Source of the DNA: Vicinamibacteraceae bacterium
GTDB taxonomy: Bacteria > Acidobacteriota > Vicinamibacteria > Vicinamibacterales > UBA8438
NCBI GenBank assembly: GCA_012271165.1
Contig: JAAXGX010000197.1
Coordinates: 34,145-98,144, forward strand
Length of the DNA: 64,000 nt
Direction: 5' to 3'
Below, piece after piece: positions 10,491-20,189 of this stretch; within the stretch, counting starts at the first letter, position 1, and each line of letters starts with the position of its first letter. The translations under genes and the position numbers were made by a program. The notes under the pieces are model-generated. The model was not told the DNA's origin. It did not search any database and saw only the letters and a list, made by a program, of their open reading frames with translations.

Positions 10491-12425
10491 ATGAGATACG
10501 TGGTCGTCGGTACTGCGGGTCACATAGACCATGGGAAGAGCGCCCTCGTGCGGGCGCTGACCGGGGTCGACCCCGACCGCCTGCAGGAGGAGAAGGTCCG
10601 CGGGATCACGATCGATCTCGGGTTCGCGCACTACGCGCGGGACGATGTGAACATCGCGTTCGTGGACGTGCCGGGCCACGAACGGTTCGTGAGGAACATG
10701 CTGGCCGGCGCGAGCGGCATCGATGCCGTGCTGCTGGTCGTGGCGGCGAACGAATCCGTCATGCCCCAGACCCGCGAGCACTTCGACATCTGCCGGTTGC
10801 TCGGGGTGACGACGGGCGTGGTCGCGCTGAGCAAGTGCGATCTGGTCGACGGCGAGATGCTCGAGCTGGTGCAGCTCGAGACCCGCGAGCTGCTCGAGGG
10901 AACCCCCCTTGCGGACGCGCCGGTCGTCGCCGTGTCGGCACGCTCCGGCGCCGGGCTCGACCGGCTGCGGGCGGCGCTGCACGACGTGGCGGCCTCGCTC
11001 CCGGTCCGTGCGGCGGACGGCGCCGCGCGGCTGCCGATCGATCGGGTGTTCACGGTGCGGGGGTTCGGCACCGTGGTGACCGGCACGCTCGTGTCCGGGA
11101 CGCTGGATCTCGACATGGATCTGGACGTGCTACCGGGCGGCCGCCGCGTGAAGGTCCGCGGGCTGCAGGTGCACGGCAGGCAGGAGCGCGCTGCCGGTCC
11201 CGGACAACGCGTCGCGGTCAACCTGCAGGGCGTGGAGGTCGGCGATCTCGGCCGCGGCGACACGCTCGTCGAGCGGGGCAGCCTCGAGAGGACGCGGCGC
11301 TTCGATGCGGTGCTCACCGTCCTGCCGAGCGCGCGCGCGGTCAGGCACGGCGCGCGGGTCCGGTGTCACCACGGCACGGCGGAGGCGATGGCGCGCGTGT
11401 CGTTGTGCGGGCCGACGACGATGACGGCGAACACGGACGAGCCGGTGTTCCCGACCGCCATCGAGCCGGCCGCGGAGGCGTTCGTACGCGTCCGGCTCGA
11501 GGAGCCGCTGGCCCTGACGCGCGGCGACCGCTTCGTGCTGCGCGCCTATTCGCCCCCGATGACGATCGCCGGGGGACAGGTGCTCGACCCGTTGCCGCCG
11601 CGCGGACGCCTGCGGTCGCGGCGCGGCGTCGCCAGACTGCAGCGCCTGAGCAGCGGGGGCGGCCTCGCCGGCTGCATCGCGGTCATGGCCGAGGAAGGCG
11701 CCGGGCGCGGCGTATCGCGCGCGGCGCTGGTCCCGCGCCTGGGGGTCGGCGCGGCGGTGCTGGACGGCACGGTCGTCCGTGTCGCGGCGGCCGGACGGGT
11801 CGCCGTCGTGGGCGACCTGCTGGTGGCGCCGGACGAGCTGGACGCCGTGCGGCGGCGCCTGCTGGAGCTGGCTGCCGAGTTCCATGCGGCGCACCCCCTC
11901 GAGCCCGGACTGCCCAGGGAGGAGGCGCGAGAGCGGTTGGGTGACCGGGCGGCCGTCGCGGTGTTCGACCACGTCGTGGCCGAGCTGGTCGCCGAGGGCG
12001 CCCTGGTGGCGACCGATCATCTGGCGCTCACCTCGCACGAGGTCGAGCTGTCGGCCGAGGAGACGCGGGCCCGGGAAAGCCTGGCCGAGCTGTTCCGGGC
12101 GTCCGGGTTGATGCCGCCCGGTGCGGGGAGCGTGGCGACGGCCGCGGGCGTCAGCGCGGAGCTGGCGGAGCGCCTGCTCAAGCTGCTCGTCCGCGAGGGC
12201 ACGCTCGTCAAGGTCGAAGCGCTGTTCTTTCATGTGGAGCACCTGTCCCGCCTGCGCGCCGACGTGACGGGTCTGAAGTCCGCGGCCTCGGGGCCGGCGC
12301 GCATCGACGTCGGCATGTTCAAGGAGCGGTTCGGGGTCACGCGAAAGTACGCGATCCCCCTCCTCGGCTATCTCGACCGCGAGCGGATCACGCGTCGCGT
12401 GGGCGACGTCAGGCTGGTGCTGTGA
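10491..12425 (+). CDS. selB: selenocysteine-specific translation elongation factor
   Basis: The 644-aa ORF has [27 protein letters not shown] and SKCDL G-motifs and a long winged-helix C-terminal extension. Confidence 0.9.
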   Translation: MRYVVVGTAGHIDHGKSALVRALTGVDPDRLQEEKVRGITIDLGFAHYARDDVNIAFVDVPGHERFVRNMLAGASGIDAVLLVVAANESVMPQTREHFDICRLLGVTTGVVALSKCDLVDGEMLELVQLETRELLEGTPLADAPVVAVSARSGAGLDRLRAALHDVAASLPVRAADGAARLPIDRVFTVRGFGTVVTGTLVSGTLDLDMDLDVLPGGRRVKVRGLQVHGRQERAAGPGQRVAVNLQGVEVGDLGRGDTLVERGSLERTRRFDAVLTVLPSARAVRHGARVRCHHGTAEAMARVSLCGPTTMTANTDEPVFPTAIEPAAEAFVRVRLEEPLALTRGDRFVLRAYSPPMTIAGGQVLDPLPPRGRLRSRRGVARLQRLSSGGGLAGCIAVMAEEGAGRGVSRAALVPRLGVGAAVLDGTVVRVAAAGRVAVVGDLLVAPDELDAVRRRLLELAAEFHAAHPLEPGLPREEARERLGDRAAVAVFDHVVAELVAEGALVATDHLALTSHEVELSAEETRARESLAELFRASGLMPPGAGSVATAAGVSAELAERLLKLLVREGTLVKVEALFFHVEHLSRLRADVTGLKSAASGPARIDVGMFKERFGVTRKYAIPLLGYLDRERITRRVGDVRLVL

Positions 12426-12495
12426 GGCGGCCGCGGCGCCGCCGGCGATGCCGCGCGCTGGTGTACACTGGACCTGCAGCTACTCGAGGTCGGGA

Positions 12496-12957
12496 ATGGC
12501 AGAGAACGAGGAACGAATCATCTTCACGGTCGGCGTCTTCCAGGACACCGCGTGGGCCGAGCGCGGGCTCGAGGCCCTGAAGCGGCGCGGGTTCACCGCC
12601 GACTCGCTGTCGATCGTGGCGAAGCACAGCCCCGCCGTCGCCGAGCTGGTGGAGCGCGCGCTGGCGGCCGAGACGACGCCGGTCGACGTCAGCGGTCTCG
12701 GGTCCGCCGTTGCGAGCGGCCCGCTCGTCGCCGCCCTGCAGGGGGCCGACGGAGGTTTCGGCAAGACCGGCATCGCCGCCACGATTCGCAGGGCCGGCTT
12801 CCAGGCCCACGACGGCTTCATTTTCGAAACGCTCACGGCCCGCGGCGGGGTGCTGGTCGGCGTCGAGAGCGAGGCGCTCGCCGCGGACGCGCTGACCGTG
12901 ATGCATGCGTACGGCGGCGGCAACGCCGCGATCGGCGCATGGACCGGCAGAGTCTAG
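12496..12957 (+). CDS. hypothetical protein (Gly/Ala-rich, internally repeated)
   Basis: The start is MAENEERIIFTVGVF, preceded by a GGGAA-type RBS region. I recognise no confident family. Confidence 0.5.
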   Translation: MAENEERIIFTVGVFQDTAWAERGLEALKRRGFTADSLSIVAKHSPAVAELVERALAAETTPVDVSGLGSAVASGPLVAALQGADGGFGKTGIAATIRRAGFQAHDGFIFETLTARGGVLVGVESEALAADALTVMHAYGGGNAAIGAWTGRV

Positions 12958-12958
12958 G

Positions 12959-13106
12959 CGCCCGAGGCGCGCCTCGGCGGGAGCGGCGCGGGGCGTAGGG
13001 GTCCCCGCAAGCGGACGCCGGGGGCTTGGGGCGCAGCCCCATCTAGAGGACGCCGGGGGTTCGGGGCGTAGCCCCGTCTGATTGAAGGGGCGCAGCCCCG
13101 TCTGAA
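12959..13106 (+). repeat. GC-rich structured intergenic repeat: one full unit plus two partial 3' sub-repeats
   Basis: The sequence ...gcgcgcctcggcgggagcggcgcggggcgtaggggtccccgcaagcggacgccggggg...ggggcgcagcccc[ag]tct[ag]a matches the units at 15860-15950 (reverse) and 53551-53735. Confidence 0.85.
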
Positions 13107-13124
13107 TGCACCGGGGGGCATCCA

Positions 13125-13421
13125 ATGGCGGTCTACGTCGTCGCACAGGGACGCATCGAGAATCCGGAAGTGCTGGCGCAGTACGTCGAGAAGGCGATTC
13201 CGACCATCGGCGCCCACGGCGGTCGCATCGTGGCGTTCGACGAGACACCGGAAGTCGTCGAGGGCAGCGTGGGGTTTCCCCGCACCGTGATCGTCGAGTT
13301 TCCGACGCGCGAGGCGTTCCGCGCCTGGTACGACTCGCCGGAGTACCAGGCCATCCTGCCGATGCGCCTCGACGCGGCGCCGGGCACCCTGATCGTGGCG
13401 AACGGACTGGGGGCGAAATGA
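13125..13421 (+). CDS. DUF1330 domain protein
   Basis: The 98-aa ORF reads MAVYVVAQGRIENPE...FPTREAFRAWYDSPEYQ, a typical DUF1330 pattern. Confidence 0.75.
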   Translation: MAVYVVAQGRIENPEVLAQYVEKAIPTIGAHGGRIVAFDETPEVVEGSVGFPRTVIVEFPTREAFRAWYDSPEYQAILPMRLDAAPGTLIVANGLGAK

Positions 13422-14800
13422 GATCCCATCCCGCGTGGAACCGTCCGTTGGCGGGGCGCTGGCTGGTTGCGTGCGTGGCCGCCGCGTTGCTCGTGCTGTG
13501 GCTGGGCGCGGCGCCCGCCGTCGCCGAGGCCCAGGAGGCCCGCTGGATCGGCACCTGGGCGACCGGTCCCGTGTCGTTGCCGCCCCCGGAGGAAGGCTCG
13601 GCGGAGCAGGGCAACGCGCCGCCGCGCATCGCCGACCAGACGGTGCGGCAGGTCGTGCGCGCGAGCATCGGCGGCTCGCGGGTGCGTGTGCTGTTCAGCA
13701 ACCAGTACGGCACCGAGCCGCTGACGATTGGCGGCGCGCACGTCGCGCTGCGCGACGCCGGCCCCGCCATCGCGGCCGGATCCGGCCGCCGGCTGACGTT
13801 CGACGGCGAGTCGACGGCGGCCGTCGAGCGCGGTGCGACGCTGCTGAGCGACCCGGTCGACCTGGCGGTGCCGCCGCTCGGCGACCTGGCGATCGATCTC
13901 TACCTGCCGGGCGACACGTGGGAGACGACGTCGCCGGCGACCACCCACGGAAACGGCCTGTCGACCACCTATCTGTCCGCGCCGGGCGACCACACCGGCG
14001 CGGCCGACCTGCCGGTCGACTCGACCGCGCTGTCGTGGTTCTTCCTGTCGCGCGTCGAGGTCGCGACCCGCACCGCCCGCGGCGCCGTCGTGGCCATCGG
14101 CGACTCGATCACCGACGGGACGGCGTCAACGCCGGACACCAACAGCCGCTGGCCCGATTTCCTCGCCGCGCGGCTGGTCGCCGCGCACGGCGAGACGGCG
14201 CCGGGCGTGCTCAACGTCGGCATCGCCGGCAACCGCGTGCTGAGTCACAACGGCGGGATGGAAACCATCCTGCGGCGCGGCGCGCCGTTCGGTCCGGACG
14301 AGCCGCGGCCGGACCCGGACGCGTTCTTCGGTCCGTCGGCGCTCTCTCGCTTCGACCGCGACGTCCTGCTGCAGACGGGGGTCACTCACGTCATCGTCCT
14401 CGAGTCGATCAACGACGTCGGGTTCGCGTTCGACCACGCCTGGCCGGCCGTCGAGGACCTCATCGCGGGGCACACCGCGCTGGTGCAGCGGGCGCATGCG
14501 CGGGGCCTGCGCATCTACGGCGGCACGCTCACGCCGTTCGAGGGCGCCATCACGTTCTCGGAGACCGGGGAGACGAAGCGGCAGGCGTTCAACGCGTGGC
14601 TGCGCACCGCGAGTCCGTACGACGCGGTGATCGACTTCGACGCCGCCATTCGCGACCCGGATCATCCGCGGCGCATCCTGCCGGCGTACGATCCCGGCGA
14701 CGCAATTCACGGCAACGACGCCGGCTACCGCGCGATGGCCGAGGCGGTCGACCTCGCCCTGTTCGACGCGCAGACGGCGGCCGCCGCCGCGGCGCGCTGA
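13418..14800 (+). CDS. secreted SGNH/GDSL-family hydrolase
   Basis: The start MRSHPAWN overlaps the DUF1330 stop (ATGA). It has a signal peptide, an AIGDSITDG block and a C-terminal D..H (GDAIHGND). Confidence 0.8.
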   Translation: MRSHPAWNRPLAGRWLVACVAAALLVLWLGAAPAVAEAQEARWIGTWATGPVSLPPPEEGSAEQGNAPPRIADQTVRQVVRASIGGSRVRVLFSNQYGTEPLTIGGAHVALRDAGPAIAAGSGRRLTFDGESTAAVERGATLLSDPVDLAVPPLGDLAIDLYLPGDTWETTSPATTHGNGLSTTYLSAPGDHTGAADLPVDSTALSWFFLSRVEVATRTARGAVVAIGDSITDGTASTPDTNSRWPDFLAARLVAAHGETAPGVLNVGIAGNRVLSHNGGMETILRRGAPFGPDEPRPDPDAFFGPSALSRFDRDVLLQTGVTHVIVLESINDVGFAFDHAWPAVEDLIAGHTALVQRAHARGLRIYGGTLTPFEGAITFSETGETKRQAFNAWLRTASPYDAVIDFDAAIRDPDHPRRILPAYDPGDAIHGNDAGYRAMAEAVDLALFDAQTAAAAAAR

Positions 14801-14830
14801 CCGCCGCGAAGACGGAAAAGGAGGTATCCG

Positions 14831-15853
14831 GTGACGAAACGATGGCTCGTCTGGTGCGGTCCGCTTGCCTTGATTCCGGCGCTCGTGGCGTCGGTGGCCG
14901 TCCCGGCGGCCGCGCAGGCCCCGGCCGGCGCGGACTGGACCCTGCCCCGCACCGCGGACGGGCATCCCGATCTGCAGGGCGTGTGGGCGAACAACAACGT
15001 CACCCCGCTGGAGCGGCCGCCCGAGTGGGCCGATAAGGCGCGCCTGAGCGCGGAGGAGCTGGCGGCGCTGGAGGCGGCCGCGGCCGAGGCGACGGACCCC
15101 GGCCAGGACGCGCTCTTCGGCGATCAGCTCGTGCTGGCCGCCATCGCCGGCGAGCAGGCCACGTCGTACGATCCGACGACCGGCAACTACAATCAGTTCT
15201 GGGTCGTCGAGCGGGACTTCAACGACCGCACCTCGCTGGTGGTCGACCCGCCGGACGGCCGGATCCCGGCCCGCACGCCGGCGGCCGAGCGGCTCGTGGC
15301 CGAGCGGGCCGCGCACCGCGCCGCGCATCCGGCCGATACCTGGGAGGACGTGCCGCTGCAAGAGCGCTGCATCACGTACGGCGTGCCGCGGCTCGGCGCC
15401 GGCTACAACAGCTACTACCAGATCTTCCAGACCGCCGACCACGTGGTCTTCCTGATGGAGATGAACCACGACGCGCGGATCATCCCGCTCGACGGCCGGC
15501 CGCAACTCGACGCCGGGGTCCGGCAGTGGCACGGCGACTCGCGCGGCCGCTGGGAGGGCGACACGCTCGTGGTGGAGACGACCAACTACTCGCCGAAGAG
15601 CGACTTCAGGGGGGCGTCGGACAGCCTGCGCGTCGTCGAGCGGTTCACGCGGACGGGGCCCGACACGCTGGAGTACGCGGTCACCATCGACGACCCGACC
15701 ACCTGGATCCGGCCGTGGACCGCGTCAATCCCGCTGCTGCGCAGCGAGGACGCGCTCTACGAGTACGCCTGCCACGAGGGCAACTACGGGATGGAAGGGA
15801 TTCTCGCCGGCCACCGCGCCCAGGAGCGGGCGGCGGCCGCCGGCGAGCGGTAG
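14831..15853 (+). CDS. secreted protein, uncharacterised CHEGN-motif family (paralog 1 of 6, short subtype)
   Basis: The start is GTG after AAGGAGG. It has a signal peptide and the motifs PRTADGHPDLQGVW, RTSLVVDPPDGRIP, ERCI, ARIIPLDGRP, GDSRGRWEGDTLVVET and YEYACHEGNYG. Confidence 0.8.
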   Translation: MTKRWLVWCGPLALIPALVASVAVPAAAQAPAGADWTLPRTADGHPDLQGVWANNNVTPLERPPEWADKARLSAEELAALEAAAAEATDPGQDALFGDQLVLAAIAGEQATSYDPTTGNYNQFWVVERDFNDRTSLVVDPPDGRIPARTPAAERLVAERAAHRAAHPADTWEDVPLQERCITYGVPRLGAGYNSYYQIFQTADHVVFLMEMNHDARIIPLDGRPQLDAGVRQWHGDSRGRWEGDTLVVETTNYSPKSDFRGASDSLRVVERFTRTGPDTLEYAVTIDDPTTWIRPWTASIPLLRSEDALYEYACHEGNYGMEGILAGHRAQERAAAAGER

Positions 15854-15859
15854 CTTCCA

Positions 15860-15950
15860 TCAGACGGGGCTGCGCCCCGAGCCCCGGCGTCCGCTTGCGG
15901 GAACCCGTTCGCCCCGCTCCGCTCCCGAGGCGCGCTGTGCGCGCCTTTGC
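15860..15950 (-). repeat. GC-rich structured intergenic repeat (one unit, reverse orientation)
   Basis: The reverse complement reads gcaaaggcgcgcacagcgcgcctcgggagcggagcggggcgaacgggttcccgcaagcggacgccggggctcggggcgcagccccgtctga. Confidence 0.85.
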
Positions 15951-15954
15951 CGGG

Positions 15955-16875
15955 CTACTCGCCGCTGGCCTCGAGCTCGTCGACGATCACCTGGATGTTG
16001 CGCCGGACGCCCGCCGCGTTGGGCGCGTCGTAGTGCGCGTAGGCTGCCGGCAGCGCCCAGGCGCCGGCGATCTCGTCGACCGACCGGCCCGCGGCCCGGC
16101 CGTCCCGGACCACCTGCAGGAAGTCGCGGTTGAAGGCGGCCCACTCGTTCAGGTCGGCCCACGTCATCTGCGAGCTGTGGCCGGTGATGATGGTGTCGAT
16201 TCCCTCGATGTTGTCGTGCGCCCCCTGCAGCGTGTCGGGGATGGCGACGCCGCTGCCGCCGTTGGCGGCATCGAGGAACGGCACCCGCTGTCCCAGAAAG
16301 ACGTCGCCGGCGTGGAGCGTCCGCAGCGCGGGGAACGCGATCCAGGCGTCGCCGCCGGTGTGGCCGCGGCCGAAGTAGTAGAGGTCGACCTGGTCGTCGC
16401 CGCTGCCCAGCGACATCCGGTCCGAGAAGGTGGTCGTCGGCAGTCCGTGCCCGTTCGAAGCCCGGAACACGTTCGCCGGCGGCTCCGTCCGCCCGGTGTA
16501 GGGCCGCATCACCTCCATGTTGGCCTTCGTGTTCTCGTGGGTGACGACCTGCACCGTCTCCGCGAACGCCACGTTGCCGCTCACGTGGTCGTGGTGGCTG
16601 TGCGTGTTGATGAGCGTCGTCACCGGCTTGTCCGTCAGCTCCCGGATCTGCGCCAGGATCGGGTCGCCCCAGCCCGGGTTCTTCGTGTCGACGACCACGA
16701 CGCCGTCCGACCTGATGAACACGGCCGTGTTGCCGCCGCCGCCCTGGCCCCTGAGCACGTACAGGTTGTCCTGGAGCTGCTCGACCTGGATCTCCATGGC
16801 GTCCTGCGCGGCCACCACGGCGAGCGAGACGGTGCCGATCCCGATCAGCAGAGCGAGAACGATGCTGCGCTTCAT
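15955..16875 (-). CDS. secreted MBL-fold metallo-hydrolase
   Basis: The start MKRSIVLALL follows AGGAGG. It has the THSHHDH motif and GHTGGDAW. Confidence 0.85.
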   Translation of the reverse strand: MKRSIVLALLIGIGTVSLAVVAAQDAMEIQVEQLQDNLYVLRGQGGGGNTAVFIRSDGVVVVDTKNPGWGDPILAQIRELTDKPVTTLINTHSHHDHVSGNVAFAETVQVVTHENTKANMEVMRPYTGRTEPPANVFRASNGHGLPTTTFSDRMSLGSGDDQVDLYYFGRGHTGGDAWIAFPALRTLHAGDVFLGQRVPFLDAANGGSGVAIPDTLQGAHDNIEGIDTIITGHSSQMTWADLNEWAAFNRDFLQVVRDGRAAGRSVDEIAGAWALPAAYAHYDAPNAAGVRRNIQVIVDELEASGE

Positions 16876-17018
16876 GTCATGCCTCCTGCAGGGTATCGCC
16901 CTCCCAACGCCGGCTGCCGGCGCCCGGCCGGGCCCTGGGATCCGGGGCCTGTCATTTCCTGAAATTCCGGCGCAGTATATCAGGCAACCAGTCAACAGGC
17001 GCAGTCCATACGCGAGCG

Positions 17019-17645
17019 ATGTCGATCGGCAGGCTGGAGGCGATATTCCAACGGTCGGAGCGGGCACTGGCGCACGGCGTGCCGATCCGCAAGACGAGCG
17101 CCGGCATCTGGGTGCCGTCTCCGATCTCCATGATCGTCGACGTCGTCTCGGCGCTGAGAGAGATCGGATTGCTCGGCCCGGCGGCGGCCGGCGGGGCGGT
17201 CGTGGACGCCGGCATGGGCGACGGCCGGGTAACCGCCGTGGTTGCCCTGCGCGAGCCGTCGCAGCCCGTGTACGGCATCGAGCGCGACCCGGTGCTCCAC
17301 TCCCGGGCCGAGCAGAATCTGCGCCGGGCGCTGCGGATGTCCCGCGGCAGCCCCCGGGTGCATCCGGTCGAGGGCGACTACTGCGACGTCGCCACCTATG
17401 CCGCCTGCGGGCTCGACCTGCAGGCGGTGGGCGTCGTGGTCAACTATCCGGACGGCAACCAGGAGCGGCTGGCGCGCTTCGTCGCGGCGCACGCCCCCGA
17501 CGCCAGCCTGTGCCTGTTCACCCACGACCGCGACCTGGAGGTCCGCGAGCTGGTCCTGCGCACCGAGCGCGACCTGCCCGCGGACTACGGTCCGGACTGG
17601 CGGCTCTGCGTCTACCGCGGCCGCCCGGGCGACCCGCGGCGCTGA
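17019..17645 (+). CDS. putative class I SAM-dependent methyltransferase-like protein
   Basis: The 208-aa ORF has VVDAGMGDGR, which resembles motif I. The rest is unassigned. Confidence 0.45.
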   Translation: MSIGRLEAIFQRSERALAHGVPIRKTSAGIWVPSPISMIVDVVSALREIGLLGPAAAGGAVVDAGMGDGRVTAVVALREPSQPVYGIERDPVLHSRAEQNLRRALRMSRGSPRVHPVEGDYCDVATYAACGLDLQAVGVVVNYPDGNQERLARFVAAHAPDASLCLFTHDRDLEVRELVLRTERDLPADYGPDWRLCVYRGRPGDPRR

Positions 17646-17738
17646 CCCGCGGCGCGCGGCGGGCCGCCGAGCTTGCTTCCGACCGGCGTGGTGGGGGACT
17701 ATTGCTCTTTGTCGAAAAATCGATTGGGAGGACCGGAT

Positions 17739-18752
17739 ATGTACCGTCGATGCCACGTTGTGCTGGCGACCGCATTCGCGCTCGCCTGCCTTGTTCCCGG
17801 AGTCGCGGCCGGCCAGGTCGAGACGGAGCCGCGCAGCGGCTGGACCCCGCCGCGGACGCCCGAGGGCGTCCCGGATCTGCAGGGCGTCTTCACGTTCCGC
17901 ACCATCACGCCGATGCAGCGGCCGGCCCAGCTCGAGGGCCGGGTGACGCTGTCGGCCGAGGAGGCTGCCGCCTTCGAGGCGTCCGAGAACACGCGCCTCA
18001 ATCGGGACCTGTTCGACCCGATCGCGGGCGCGCCGAGCGCCGGCTACGCACCGCGGGCCGAGGGCGGCGTCCTGTCGTACAACGAGTTCTGGTACGAGCG
18101 GGGCGTCGAGCTGACGCGCGACAGGCGCACGTCCCTGATCGTCGATCCCGCCGACGGGCGCATTCCGTACACCGACGATACGCGCGAGAGTATCCGCGTC
18201 ACGCGCGCCAATCTGAGCGCCGGGTTCGCCGATTCGTATACCGACCGGAGCCTCGCCGACCGCTGCCTCATGGGCTTCAACTCGGGCCCGCCGATGGTGC
18301 CGAGCGCCTACAACAACAACGTCATGATTCTCCAGACGCCGGGCCAGGTGGTCATCTACAACGAGATGGTCCACAACGCCCGGATCATTCCGACCGACGG
18401 CAGCGCACACGGTGACGTGCGGCAGTGGGTGGGCGACTCGCGCGCGCGCTGGGAAGGCGACGTGCTCGTCATCGAGACGAAGAACTTTCTGCGCGAGACC
18501 GCCTTCCGCGGGTCGACGGCCGATACGCAACTGGTCGAGCGGCTGTGGCGGGTCGATCCGGACACCGTGCTGTACGAGTTCACCGTCGACGATCCGAACT
18601 CGTTCACGCGTCCGTGGACGGCGCTGTTCCCCCTGCGGCGGACCGACGGGCCGTTGTTCGAGTACGCCTGCCACGAGGGCAACTACGGCCTGGAAGGCAT
18701 TCTGGCCGGGGCGCGGAACAAGAACACCCAGGCCGTCGAGGGATCACGATAG
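17739..18752 (+). CDS. secreted protein, CHEGN-motif family (paralog 2 of 6, short subtype)
   Basis: The start MYRRCHVVLATAF follows GGGAGGA. It has the motifs PRTPEGVPDLQGVF, RTSLIVDPADGRIP, DRCL, ARIIPTDGS, GDSRARWEGDVLVIET and FEYACHEGNYG. Confidence 0.8.
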   Translation: MYRRCHVVLATAFALACLVPGVAAGQVETEPRSGWTPPRTPEGVPDLQGVFTFRTITPMQRPAQLEGRVTLSAEEAAAFEASENTRLNRDLFDPIAGAPSAGYAPRAEGGVLSYNEFWYERGVELTRDRRTSLIVDPADGRIPYTDDTRESIRVTRANLSAGFADSYTDRSLADRCLMGFNSGPPMVPSAYNNNVMILQTPGQVVIYNEMVHNARIIPTDGSAHGDVRQWVGDSRARWEGDVLVIETKNFLRETAFRGSTADTQLVERLWRVDPDTVLYEFTVDDPNSFTRPWTALFPLRRTDGPLFEYACHEGNYGLEGILAGARNKNTQAVEGSR

Positions 18753-20137
18753 GACCCTTCCGACCGTCTGGAGTTGGCGCCTGGGGTGCGGCCGCGCTGG
18801 CGTGCTGTGTCGCCGCCGCCGTGGCTGCCGGCGGCGCACCGCAGCCTGAGGCCGTTCCGGGCGGCGTCGTGGCCTACGAAGGCGCGCGCCTCATCACCGG
18901 ACTGCCGGCCGCGCCCATCGAGGACGCGGTGCTGCTGGTCGCGGACGGCGTCGTCACGGCCGTCGGCGCACGGGGCGACCTGACGCCGCCGGCCGCCGCG
19001 CGGCGCGTCGACCTGTCGGGCCGGACGGTGATGCCGGCCCTGGTCAGCCTGCACGGGCACGTGGGCTTCCAGGACGGTCTGAGCTACGCCGCCGGCAACT
19101 ACACGCGCGCCAACATCATCGACCATCTCCGGCGCTATGCCTACTACGGCGTCGGCACGATCGTCTCGCTCGGGACGGACGCCGGCGACGCCGCCTTCGA
19201 CATTCGCGACGAGCAGGCGGCGGCTCTGCCCGCAACGGCGCGGCTGCGCACGGCCGGGAGGGGTCTGGCGGCCCCGAACGCCGGCCCGGGAGCGCTGGCG
19301 CTGCGCGGCTCCGCCTACGGCGTGACCAGCGCCGAGCAGGCGCGCGGGTACGTCGCCGAGCTCGCGGAGCGCGCCGTGGACGTGGTCAAGATCTGGGTGG
19401 ACGACCGCGGCGGGACGGTGCAGAAGCTCGATCCGGTCTTCTACCGGGCAGTCATCGACGCGGCTCACGCCCGCGGCCTGCGCGTGGTGGCGCACGTCTG
19501 CTACCACGACGACGCGTGGGAGCTGGTGCGCGCGGGGGTCGACGGCCTGGCCCACCTGGTGCGCGACCGCGAGATGGAGGCCGCGCTGATAGCCGCAATC
19601 GCCGAGCGGGACGTGTTCGTGATGCCGAATCTGGGCGTCTCCGAGCGCCGGCTGCATGCCGGCGCCCCGGGCTGGCTCGACGATCCGTTCCTGGCCGAGA
19701 GCGTGCCGGCCGCCGTGCGGCGCCGCGCGGCCGATGCGCTCCGCGCGCAGGCGGGCGATGCGCCGGGTGCGAGGCAGCGCTACGCCTGGATGGAGCGCAG
19801 CCTGGAGCAGTTGGCCGCTGCCGGCGCGCAGGTGGTCCTGGGCGCGGATTCCGGCGTGCGGGATCACTTCTTCGGCTACGCGGAGCAGCGCGAGCTGGAG
19901 CTGATGGTGGCGGCCGGTCTGACGCCGGCCCAGGCGATCGTGGCGGCCACCAGCCGCGCGGCGGAGATCCTGGCTCTCGACGAAGTCGGCAGCCTGGCGC
20001 CCGGCAAATCGGCCGACTTCGTCGTGCTGGACGCCGACCCGCTCGAAGACATCACGAACACGCGGCGCATCGCGGACGTGTACCTGCGCGGCGCGCGCGT
20101 CGACCGGGCGGCGCTGCGAGCCGGATGGGCCGAGTGA
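18743..20137 (+). CDS. amidohydrolase family protein (start codon unresolved)
   Basis: The motifs are MPALVSLHGHVG, KIWVDD, VVAHV and LGADSG, plus a C-terminal GSLAPGKSADFVVLD. There is no in-frame ATG/GTG/TTG between the upstream stop region and the GTG at 18821. Confidence 0.7.
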   Translation: MTIGPFRPSGVGAWGAAALACCVAAAVAAGGAPQPEAVPGGVVAYEGARLITGLPAAPIEDAVLLVADGVVTAVGARGDLTPPAAARRVDLSGRTVMPALVSLHGHVGFQDGLSYAAGNYTRANIIDHLRRYAYYGVGTIVSLGTDAGDAAFDIRDEQAAALPATARLRTAGRGLAAPNAGPGALALRGSAYGVTSAEQARGYVAELAERAVDVVKIWVDDRGGTVQKLDPVFYRAVIDAAHARGLRVVAHVCYHDDAWELVRAGVDGLAHLVRDREMEAALIAAIAERDVFVMPNLGVSERRLHAGAPGWLDDPFLAESVPAAVRRRAADALRAQAGDAPGARQRYAWMERSLEQLAAAGAQVVLGADSGVRDHFFGYAEQRELELMVAAGLTPAQAIVAATSRAAEILALDEVGSLAPGKSADFVVLDADPLEDITNTRRIADVYLRGARVDRAALRAGWAE

Positions 20138-20189
20138 CGGTCGCGGCCGGGCGCGCTAGAATCGCTCCTGGCGGAGGCCACGGACGACC

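Noticed and set aside
7785-10982. A 1065-aa minus-strand ORF
   Set aside because: It is antisense to rnr and the 5' end of selB. It shows the same Arg/Ala/Pro-rich shadow composition and no motifs.
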